Origin: Ktedonobacterales bacterium
GTDB lineage: Bacteria > Chloroflexota > Ktedonobacteria > Ktedonobacterales > Ktedonobacteraceae
Length of the DNA stretch: 24,000 nucleotides
NCBI GenBank assembly: GCA_038211295.1
Contig: JBBQVS010000029.1
Location: 8,621-32,620, forward strand
Reading direction: 5' to 3'
In this document: positions 7,831-14,721 of the stretch, piece after piece
Layout of the letters: each line of letters opens with the position of its first letter
Numbering within the stretch: the first letter of the stretch is position 1
Position numbers and translations under genes: made by a program
The notes under the pieces: model-generated
Told to the model about the DNA's origin: nothing
The model's database searches: none
What the model saw: only the letters and a program-made list of their open reading frames with translations

Positions 7831-8565
7831 ATGAAGCTACTCGTAATCGACAGTGACCGCGATCTGGTTGAAATGCTTACAAGCTGGCTAAAAATGATTG
7901 GGTATGAAGTTTACCGCGCATACACGCCTGACCATGCAAGAACGCAGTGGCTGGAACATAAACCTGACCTTGTTCTTATTGATACATCACTTAAAGGGGT
8001 AGACGCGCTTGCCATGTGTCGAGACTTGCAAAGCAAGCACGATACACTTTTACTTGTAATGACAGATGGCAAAGATGTGCAGGACGAGGTACGTTGCCTA
8101 GACGCTGGCGCGGATGATTATTTACGCAAACCGTTTTTCCCCTCGCAACTGCTTGCTCGCATTCGCGCAGTTAGCCGTAGAGCAAGAACAACGCTTGTGC
8201 AACGTCCCTCATCTGTAATAGTCGTTGGGCCTATTCTTGTTGACTCGCTTCGCAATGAAGTTGCTATTCATGGTAGAACGGCGCGGTTGACACCAACGGA
8301 AAGCAAAATGCTGCATTTGCTTGCGGTAAATGCCAATGATGTATGTACTGCGGGTCAGATTGTTACGCATGTGTGGGGATACAATACAGAAGGCGAGTCA
8401 GGGTTAATCAAAGCACATATTCGGCATCTACGGCAGAAAGTGGAGCCGGATGCAAGCAATCCTTATTATATTTTGACCGTTCCCGGTGTAGGGTACACTA
8501 TGATGCGTCGTTCGCTTGAAGAACTTGAGGAGCACCCGCGCCCACTTCATGTGGTTTCGAGGTAA
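7831..8565 (+). CDS. OmpR/PhoB-family response regulator (receiver + winged-helix domain), orphan
   Basis: The receiver has phospho-acceptor Asp51 (DLVLIDTSL), Thr (LLVMTD) and Lys (DDYLRKPF). The C-terminal trans_reg_C part reads LTPTESKMLHLLA...VWGY...IKAHIRHLRQKVE...ILTVPGVGYTM. GGGAGG RBS. No histidine kinase is adjacent. Confidence 0.92.
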   Translation: MKLLVIDSDRDLVEMLTSWLKMIGYEVYRAYTPDHARTQWLEHKPDLVLIDTSLKGVDALAMCRDLQSKHDTLLLVMTDGKDVQDEVRCLDAGADDYLRKPFFPSQLLARIRAVSRRARTTLVQRPSSVIVVGPILVDSLRNEVAIHGRTARLTPTESKMLHLLAVNANDVCTAGQIVTHVWGYNTEGESGLIKAHIRHLRQKVEPDASNPYYILTVPGVGYTMMRRSLEELEEHPRPLHVVSR

Positions 8566-8733
8566 CTGTTTCTGTCAAGTAAACAACTAGGACATTTGGC
8601 TTGCGCTCTTGCACATTTTGATGGATGAATGCAATATAGAGACGATAGAAATAGTTCGCAACTGTTCTATGTCGTGAATAAGAAAAAGCGGTCTTAGTAT
8701 ATAGGATATTAAGGAGCGAGAAGGTGTGGCAAG

Positions 8734-9327
8734 ATGTCTGAAGTAGTATTTTATGTTCATCCAACCGCAGAGGTTTCAAGCGAGGCACATGTTGGAGACG
8801 GTACACGTATCTGGCGGCAAGTGCAGGTGCGCGAACATGCATCTATTGGTGAGTCATGTAACATTGGGAAAGGTGTGTATATAGATAGTCACGTACACAT
8901 TGGCTCGCGTGTCAAAATTCAGAACCATGCATCATTATTTGAGGGGCTTACCCTGGAAGACGGTATCTTTATTGGTCCTCATGTCTGCTTTACCAATGAT
9001 CTAATTCCCAGAGCTATCACGCCCGACGGCGCGGTAAAAGGTGGAGAAGATTGGCAGGTCACGCCTACGCTCGTCAAATATGGTGCTTCTATTGGCGCGG
9101 GTTCTATTATTGTGTGTGGTATAACTATTGGAGAATTTGCTTTAATTGGTGCGGGGTCCGTTGTCACAAAAGATGTACCCGCTCACACACTTGTGTTTGG
9201 CAATCCCGCACGATTTCATGGCTACGTCTGTCGTTGCGCTCGTCGCTTAGGGGACGTACATGAACATGAAGGGCAACTCGTAGGGCATTGTGAGGTTTGC
9301 TCTACGCTCTGCCGTATTCCAACATAA
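8734..9327 (+). CDS. hexapeptide-repeat (left-handed beta-helix) amino-sugar N-acetyltransferase, WbpD/WlbB-like, with a Cys-rich C-terminal tail
   Basis: [20 protein letters not shown]..., [34 protein letters not shown] and [44 protein letters not shown] closely resemble WbpD-type acetyltransferases, as recalled from memory. The tail is CRC...CEVC. Confidence 0.85.
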   Translation: MSEVVFYVHPTAEVSSEAHVGDGTRIWRQVQVREHASIGESCNIGKGVYIDSHVHIGSRVKIQNHASLFEGLTLEDGIFIGPHVCFTNDLIPRAITPDGAVKGGEDWQVTPTLVKYGASIGAGSIIVCGITIGEFALIGAGSVVTKDVPAHTLVFGNPARFHGYVCRCARRLGDVHEHEGQLVGHCEVCSTLCRIPT

Positions 9328-9367
9328 ATGTCGTAAGAGCATAGCCGCGCAGAAAGCGATACTGATT

Positions 9368-10183
9368 GTGCCACAAACCAATTCATTTGGGCATCCCTGG
9401 CAAGGTACTCTTCGTGAACTCGCATATATTCTGTATCATGTACGGCGTTCGAGATCGTTTGGACGTCTGTCGCTGCGGAACACGGAGCGTTTAAGTGTTG
9501 CCCACCTTTATTTCAGGGCAGGAAAACTGGTGCAAGTCGTAGGGAATCGTGGTGATACTCGTGCTATTTTACTTGAAGTGAAAACATGGACACGTGCCGC
9601 AGTCCGCTTTGATCGAGGAACCGTTCCCAACGTGCCTGAACTGGGCGAAGCATATGAACAAATTATAGATGACGTATTATTTACTCTGCGAAGGCGCGGC
9701 CTCGTGTCTTTCACCGAAAGACCGCGTGTCATCGAGGGTCGGTTGACGCCGACACCGGAAGTCAAACCGCTCATCACACCCTGGGAATGGCGTGTGCTTA
9801 CTGAGGGAACGCGACGCGTGTCGTTCGCAGTTGCTCATCTTGTTGGTCCTAAAGAAGCCTTCAACGTTCTGCGTGACATCCTGGATGATTGCTCTGCGGC
9901 GTTTCCAGCATTCGCAGGTCTCAGCATTGCGCCTTCCGGCTACTTGCAGGTGACAGATGGCTCACAGTTAGACCGTATGCCGCGTGAAGATTTGCTTGAA
10001 GGTTTTACCGCACTTCTGGCTATCTGCCAGTATTTTTGCTCTCCGATTATTGGGGAGCAGAACGCGCATAGATTACTTGTGCAGGCGTTGCAGGATGTCG
10101 GGCCTGCTCTGGTGAGCCTGGGCGTCTTTCAACTTGATACACAAATGCTTTCAGGAAGACGAACGCCCAATGGCTCTCAATAG
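9368..10183 (+). CDS. DUF4388 (PatA-N-like) domain protein with an uncharacterised C-terminal half
   Basis: GTLRELAYILYHVRRSRSFGRLSLRN...AHLYFRAGKLVQVVGNRGDTRAILLEVKTWTRAAVRFDRG fits the DUF4388 pattern. The start is uncertain. The ORF-track ATG at 9290 overlaps the upstream gene by 38 nt and adds an implausible N-terminus. GTG at 9368 is the first plausible in-frame start, but its RBS is weak. Confidence 0.6.
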   Translation: MPQTNSFGHPWQGTLRELAYILYHVRRSRSFGRLSLRNTERLSVAHLYFRAGKLVQVVGNRGDTRAILLEVKTWTRAAVRFDRGTVPNVPELGEAYEQIIDDVLFTLRRRGLVSFTERPRVIEGRLTPTPEVKPLITPWEWRVLTEGTRRVSFAVAHLVGPKEAFNVLRDILDDCSAAFPAFAGLSIAPSGYLQVTDGSQLDRMPREDLLEGFTALLAICQYFCSPIIGEQNAHRLLVQALQDVGPALVSLGVFQLDTQMLSGRRTPNGSQ

Positions 10184-10202
10184 GTCAAGAAACAACCACA
10201 GA

Positions 10203-10236
10203 AGCAGACATTAGTAGAGGTATGCCAATGTCTGCT
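10203..10236. terminator. hairpin between convergent genes (candidate bidirectional terminator)
   Basis: agcagacatt (10203-10212) pairs with aatgtctgct (10227-10236): a 10-bp perfect stem with a 14-nt loop. T-rich runs follow on both strands. Confidence 0.45.
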
Positions 10237-10248
10237 CTTTCTTCCATC

Positions 10249-11880
10249 CTAGCGTTGATGCGCGAAGTAATACGAGAAGTTTCCTGGATAGATGCGTACC
10301 TTTCTGTCATCGCTAATCGCGACAATCTTTGTCGCGATTCTGTCGAGAAAGTAACGATCATGCGAGATAGCTAAGACCGTTCCCTCGAACTCGTCCAACG
10401 CCTCTTCCAGAACTTCGGTTGAGGCTATATCAAGATTATCTGTTGGCTCGTCAAGTAAGAGAAAATTTGCCTTTGAGAGGCGCAATCGGGCAATCTGCAA
10501 ACGGCTTTTCTCACCTCCACTCAGTTGTCCAATCGGTGTATGAATGTCCTCAAACGAGAAGAGTAGTGTGTGCAGAAAAGCGATTGCCTGTGGCTCTGTC
10601 ATGTTTTTTAGCCGACGCACAAACTCCAGTGGTGTACTCGCAAATGGCAATGTTTCCTGTTCCTGAGCGTAATAGCCGGTCACAACGCTTGCTCCAATAT
10701 TTACCGAACCGTTTGTTGCGGGGAGGAGGCCCAGTATTGCTTTGAGGAGCGTTGTTTTGCCACTACCATTTGCTCCAACAATGCCGATGCGTTCGCCATA
10801 AAGAACCGTTAGATCGAACGGCTCAAACAGTGTATAGCTGTCAATAGTCTTGCTCAACTCTTTAATTTCAAGCACTTTCTTCCCGCTTCGCTCCGCCTCT
10901 AGCCCGACTTTGATTCTACCACGAACAAGCATTGGCCTATCTACCGCTTCTGAGCGTGCCTGTTCAACGCGCTTCGCCATATATTCAGCTTTGCCGGCGA
11001 ATTTCGAGTTCATTTTTGCCCACCCTTTGAGCCGTCGCATACTGATTTCTAGATGCTTAATCTCATCACGTTGGGCGGCGTAGAGTTCTTGTAGTTTTTC
11101 CAGACGACGTTGTCGCTCAACCACATAGTAGCTATAGTTGCTGGCATAGGTCGAAATTTCGCCGTCCTCAAGCTCGAAAATCTTTGTGACCGAGCGATCT
11201 AAGAGGTGACGATCATGCGAGATAATAAGCACCGTGCCGGGATAATCCTGTATGTAGTATTCTAACCATGCTTTCGCCTGTAGGTCAAGGTGATTGTCTG
11301 GCTCGTCTAATAGCAACAGGTCGGGCATCTGCAATAAAATGCGTGCGAGGTTGACAAGCTTTTTCTCGCCCCCGCTCAACGAGCTTACTGCCTGTTCATA
11401 CATGATTGGCGGAAAGCCCAAACCACTCAGGACTGTTTCAACCTTATTATTGAGCGTATAGCCACCGAGCGCGTCAAAGCGTTCCTGAGTTCTACCATAT
11501 TTCTCAAGAACCTGTGTCATCTTGGTGGCGTTTGCCGCGATTGTCGAGTCAGACATCTGTACTTCAAGTTGTCCCAGAAGCAGTTGTAGCGTGACCAGTT
11601 CGGGCGATGCTTCCGCAACAACTTCATAGATAGTTTTCGTGTTCGTTTTAGGGTCTATCTCCTGCGTGAGATAACCAATAGTAAGGTTGCGACGGCGCGA
11701 GACCGTACCCTGTGTCGCGGTTTCGAGTCCCGCGAGTAGCTTGAACAGCGTTGATTTGCCACTACCGTTTTCGCCAACGAGTCCAATACGCTCGTCTTCA
11801 AGTATTTCCAGGTCGACATCTTGAAAAATGGGATTGCCACCAAAATCTTTACAGACTTTAGAAAAATTTGCGAGTAACAT
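10249..11880 (-). CDS. ABC-F family ATPase (two ABC domains, no transmembrane domain); subfamily undetermined
   Basis: Two Walker A motifs (GENGSGKST, GANGSGKTT), two signature motifs (LSGGEKK, LSGGEKS) and two Walker B motifs (LLLDEPDNHLD, LLLDEPTDNLD), joined by a charged linker (YYVVERQRRLEKLQELYAAQRDEIKHLE...). I chose the ATG at 11880 (MLLANFSKVCKDFGG), which has AAGGAG 10 nt upstream. The ORF-track start at 12006 adds a non-homologous extension. Confidence 0.92.
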   Translation of the reverse strand: MLLANFSKVCKDFGGNPIFQDVDLEILEDERIGLVGENGSGKSTLFKLLAGLETATQGTVSRRRNLTIGYLTQEIDPKTNTKTIYEVVAEASPELVTLQLLLGQLEVQMSDSTIAANATKMTQVLEKYGRTQERFDALGGYTLNNKVETVLSGLGFPPIMYEQAVSSLSGGEKKLVNLARILLQMPDLLLLDEPDNHLDLQAKAWLEYYIQDYPGTVLIISHDRHLLDRSVTKIFELEDGEISTYASNYSYYVVERQRRLEKLQELYAAQRDEIKHLEISMRRLKGWAKMNSKFAGKAEYMAKRVEQARSEAVDRPMLVRGRIKVGLEAERSGKKVLEIKELSKTIDSYTLFEPFDLTVLYGERIGIVGANGSGKTTLLKAILGLLPATNGSVNIGASVVTGYYAQEQETLPFASTPLEFVRRLKNMTEPQAIAFLHTLLFSFEDIHTPIGQLSGGEKSRLQIARLRLSKANFLLLDEPTDNLDIASTEVLEEALDEFEGTVLAISHDRYFLDRIATKIVAISDDRKVRIYPGNFSYYFAHQR

Positions 11881-12074
11881 GAACGTGCTTCTCCTTGCAT
11901 TAGGAATACGACGCATCGAAAAAGGGAGGTGATGTTGCCAAACGCAAAAACTATGCAGAGAAGAGAAGCGCGAAATGAAGGGTGTGTATATGGGGAAGAG
12001 CAGCACAGATGAAACACATCAAGCATAAGCCTACTCACAGTATGCGAGTAAGTACGTGTTCAAACGACGCCACT

Positions 12075-12115
12075 TTCCGCCGCATAAGCAACTGCGTCAG
12101 GCTTATGCGGCGGAA
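12075..12115 (-). promoter_or_regulatory. perfect 15-bp stem, 11-nt loop hairpin in the ABC-F leader (attenuator candidate)
   Basis: ttccgccgcataagc (12075-12089) and gcttatgcggcggaa (12101-12115) are exact reverse complements. No U-run follows on the - strand. A third copy of the arm core (gcataagcct, 12023-12032) could pair alternatively with 12099-12108. Confidence 0.5.
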
Positions 12116-12189
12116 CCATCTGATCGATATTTGCTGGGGTGAGTGGTAGCCAGTAGAGAATCAAACTGGCTTATGAATGTGTAACTCAT
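12103..12189 (-). CDS. candidate leaderless 28-codon leader peptide (MSYTFISQFDSLLATTHPSKYRSDGSAA)
   Basis: The ATG begins 7 nt after the predicted -10 box. Its TAA (12105-12103) lies inside the 5' arm of the 15-bp hairpin. There is no SD, which fits a leaderless start. Purely positional evidence. Confidence 0.3.
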   Translation of the reverse strand: MSYTFISQFDSLLATTHPSKYRSDGSAA

Positions 12190-12195
12190 AGCAAA

Positions 12196-12225
12196 ATAAT
12201 AGCATAGCTATTGAGTGGAAGTCAA
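12196..12225 (-). promoter_or_regulatory. sigma70-type promoter for the ABC-F leader
   Basis: On the - strand: TTGACT (12225-12220), 18-nt spacer, TATTAT (12201-12196). It lies directly downstream of the SMR stop codon. Confidence 0.5.
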
Positions 12226-12245
12226 GGGAGAAACTCTTGACTTTG

Positions 12246-12566
12246 CTAGTGTGTTCCCCCTAAGTTCAACCCGACAACCCCAAGTATGATAAGCACGATA
12301 GAGCCAATTTTTATCGCGGTAAGCGGCTCTTTGAACCAGAGTATTCCTATTGCAGTGATGAGCGCTGTTCCCACTGCCGACCAGATTGCGTAAGCTATGC
12401 CCACGTCAATCTTTTTAAGCGTGAGCGAGAGCATCCAGAAACTCAGACCATAGCAGACGACTACGATGAGCGAAGGAACAAGCTTTGTGAAGCCCTGTGA
12501 AAACTTTAGCGATGTTGTGCCAGCAACTTCAAGAAGTATTGCCAGTGTAAGATAAAACATATTCAT
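12246..12566 (-). CDS. small multidrug resistance (SMR, EmrE/QacE-like) efflux protein
   Basis: MNMFYLTLAILLEVAGTTSLKFSQGFTKL...GIAYAIWSAVGTALI... aligns with EmrE, including the essential membrane Glu (LLEVAGTT). Four TM segments. Start taken at 12566 (or 12560), not the ORF-track 12662. Confidence 0.9.
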   Translation of the reverse strand: MNMFYLTLAILLEVAGTTSLKFSQGFTKLVPSLIVVVCYGLSFWMLSLTLKKIDVGIAYAIWSAVGTALITAIGILWFKEPLTAIKIGSIVLIILGVVGLNLGGTH

Positions 12567-12591
12567 GTGTGTACTCGTTTCCTGACTACTT

Positions 12592-13143
12592 TTACGTCGG
12601 GTTTGCCATAGTGAGCATTGTGTTAATAACTTCTGCTCGGAATGTTCCAGTTGGAGGTGCAAACCCTAACATGTCTGCAAGCCACAAGCCATCAACCGCC
12701 AGACGCAGAATTGTTGCGACTGCTGGAGGCAGTCCATCATTTTCTGCCTGCCTTTGCCATTCGTCATACTGCTTGCGAAGCGGGTCTAGCAACTGCGGGT
12801 TAGTCGCAATCGCTGCGAGAAGTCCGGTTATCGCCGCCGCTTCTTCAGCGTCTCCCTCCACTGTAGAGGTGGAAGAGGCACGGATATTCGCCCGCGTCCA
12901 TTGCCCTGAACCTAACTTCTCTTCATTGAGAGCTTGCATAAGGTCGTGTGTGAAGCCTTCGATATAAAAGGCAATCATACCCTCAACAAGCGCGTCTTTG
13001 CTGGGGAAGTGATAGAGTACGCCTCCTTTACTTAGACCTACTTCTTTCGCAACGGCTTCAATTGTGAGGTGCGCCACGCCTTCACGCCGTATAATGCGGT
13101 TTGCCGCGTCCAAAATGTGACGCCGTGTTATTGATAGTGTCAT
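12592..13143 (-). CDS. TetR/AcrR-family transcriptional repressor
   Basis: N-terminal HTH: RRHILDAANRIIRREGVAHLTIEAVAKEVGLSKGGVLYHFPSKDALV. Start at 13143 (MTLSITRR). It ends 25 nt before the SMR gene, so the two are likely an operon. Confidence 0.9.
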   Translation of the reverse strand: MTLSITRRHILDAANRIIRREGVAHLTIEAVAKEVGLSKGGVLYHFPSKDALVEGMIAFYIEGFTHDLMQALNEEKLGSGQWTRANIRASSTSTVEGDAEEAAAITGLLAAIATNPQLLDPLRKQYDEWQRQAENDGLPPAVATILRLAVDGLWLADMLGFAPPTGTFRAEVINTMLTMANPT

Positions 13144-13149
13144 ACGTAT

Positions 13150-13179
13150 ACTGTACCGTCCAGACGGTACAGTTGTCAA
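13150..13179 (-). promoter_or_regulatory. tetR promoter with an embedded 24-bp perfect palindrome (probable TetR operator); transcript apparently leaderless
   Basis: On the - strand: TTGACA (13179-13174), 18-nt spacer, TACAGT (13155-13150), then 6 nt, then the ATG at 13143. The palindrome actgtaccgtc-ca-gacggtacagt (13150-13173) fills the spacer and the -10 box. Confidence 0.6.
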
Positions 13180-13388
13180 GATGTTGTGATGAAACAACAA
13201 GAAATTGCCCCGTAATGAATTGCTACAACGTCAAAATGAGCAAGTGTGCTAGAAAAACGTACTCAAAAAATATGAAATTTTATGCCATGAGAAGAGAGGT
13301 AGAGATGCTTTCAAGCTCATGGGCGTAGTGATATACTTGATTATCAGCAACTCTCAGGAGTCGCAGGTTTTCCAGAGGAGAGCACTTC

Positions 13389-14042
13389 ATGACGAGCAAT
13401 ATTATTGAACTACCGTTGTTTCCACTGACCGTCCTTTTTCCGGGAACTGTGTTGCCGTTGCATATCTTTGAGCCGCGCTATCGGCAGATGATAGCGGCCT
13501 GTCAGAGCGAAAACAAGCCCCTGGGTATTGTGCTACCCCGCCCTGAGAGCGAGTTTATGCGTGAAGTACCGCATACAATCGGCACAATGGCGGAGATACA
13601 CAACTTGGAACGACTTGAAGACGGACGCTACACCTTCAACGCGATTGGCACAAAGCGTTTCCGTATTCTAAGCGAGGCACGAGATAAGGCGTACATTTCC
13701 GCGACTGTGGAGCCATATGACGATATCGTAACAACAGAGCCAGAGCTGCCAACCGTTGTGCAACAGGCACGGAGAATGTTCGAGGAATACCTGGGACTTT
13801 TGCTACAGGAGGCGAATGAGCCAGACGTACAGGCAAACCTCCCTAACGAAGCTGAGGAGCTATCATACTTTATCGCCTCGTTCCTGCTGAACGTAGAAGA
13901 CGATCAAAAGCAGCACTTTCTGGAAATGAACTCGACTCATCAGCGTTTGCGTGAAGAGATCGCTATTCTGCGTCGTGAAGTGCCATTTATGCGCCAAATT
14001 CTTTCTAAGAAGATATCTGATGATCGAACAATGCTCAATTAG
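13389..14042 (+). CDS. Lon protease N-terminal (substrate-binding) domain-only protein
   Basis: LPLFPLTVLFPGTVLPLHIFEPRYRQMI is the LON N-domain signature. The protein is 217 aa with no AAA+ or protease domain. GAGGAG RBS. Confidence 0.85.
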   Translation: MTSNIIELPLFPLTVLFPGTVLPLHIFEPRYRQMIAACQSENKPLGIVLPRPESEFMREVPHTIGTMAEIHNLERLEDGRYTFNAIGTKRFRILSEARDKAYISATVEPYDDIVTTEPELPTVVQQARRMFEEYLGLLLQEANEPDVQANLPNEAEELSYFIASFLLNVEDDQKQHFLEMNSTHQRLREEIAILRREVPFMRQILSKKISDDRTMLN

Positions 14043-14085
14043 GATGTACATAGAAAGAAACTATGCAGGAAAGGTAGGAGAGAGC

Positions 14086-14472
14086 ATGACAGAGTACGTA
14101 AGTTTTCGTCAGCGTTTGGACACGGTATTACGCACTCTTGACGTAAAGCAAGTGCAGGCATTTCTGATTGCTGAAAAGCAATGGAGCGAGGGACAACCTG
14201 CGGACGCAGAATTCGCGATGTGGATGATGGTCGCGGGTAGCCCTTCACTTCGCAATTTGCATGATCGCGCCTATGAGTGGTTAATGACGCACGGACATGA
14301 GGCCGACGCCACCGCATTTCTCGCACGCGAAAAAAAGCTGGGTACGAAGGACAGTTCCAATCGCGGGAAGGGAAACGGTGCCGCCCTGCCAAATTTTGTT
14401 GGGAAGCGTTCAAATAATTCGCGTCCAAACACGGTACGAAGACAGGAGCCACCTAAACAGCGAGGCCGTTAG
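14086..14472 (+). CDS. hypothetical protein with a basic, low-complexity C-terminal tail
   Basis: The ATG at 14086 has GGAG 5 nt upstream, and I prefer it to the ORF-track 13951, which overlaps the Lon-N gene. No family recognised. The tail reads KKLGTKDSSNRGKGNG...RRQEPPKQRGR. Confidence 0.6.
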   Translation: MTEYVSFRQRLDTVLRTLDVKQVQAFLIAEKQWSEGQPADAEFAMWMMVAGSPSLRNLHDRAYEWLMTHGHEADATAFLAREKKLGTKDSSNRGKGNGAALPNFVGKRSNNSRPNTVRRQEPPKQRGR

Positions 14473-14663
14473 TCGTTAAGCGGCGTTTTGCTGCTCCTGC
14501 TCGTGCTGAACCGCGCAATTTCTACCTGCGCTTTGTATTTCGCACGCACCATCAGGTAGGCCGATATTGCCCAGCTTACGGAGGTCAAGGTACATGCCAG
14601 TGGGATTGTCACCGCTAAAATAGGTCCTGTTCTGCTCATATGTTATTACCTTCTTGTACACGC

Positions 14664-14704
14664 TAAAAAAGAGGAACTTTTCGCCACTGCCAAAAGTTCC
14701 TCTT
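14664..14704 (-). terminator. Rho-independent terminator of the EF-G paralogue
   Basis: aagaggaactttt (14669-14681) pairs with aaaagttcctctt (14692-14704): a 13-bp perfect stem with a 10-nt loop. A T-run (cctcttttttag) follows on the - strand, 17 nt after the stop codon. Confidence 0.8.
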
Positions 14705-14721
14705 ACTATTCCAGTATAAAA

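Noticed and set aside
11881-12006. The 42-codon N-terminal extension of the ABC-F ORF given in the track.
   Set aside because: The extension (MLLFPIYTPFISRFSSLHSF...) is not ABC-like. An AAGGAG RBS precedes the internal ATG at 11880, where homology begins.
12161-12205. A 14-codon ORF (MLLFCYELHIHKPV) as the ABC-F leader peptide.
   Set aside because: Its ATG lies upstream of the predicted transcription start, overlapping the -10 box, and it has no SD.
14476-14661. A 61-codon minus-strand ORF (VYKKVITYEQNRTYFSGDNPTG...) in the 250-nt gap between convergent genes.
   Set aside because: It starts with GTG only 3 nt after the T-run of the EF-G terminator and has no RBS or promoter. I recognise no family. 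It is probably non-coding. A weak hairpin plus T-run at 14513-14540 may terminate the + strand gene instead.
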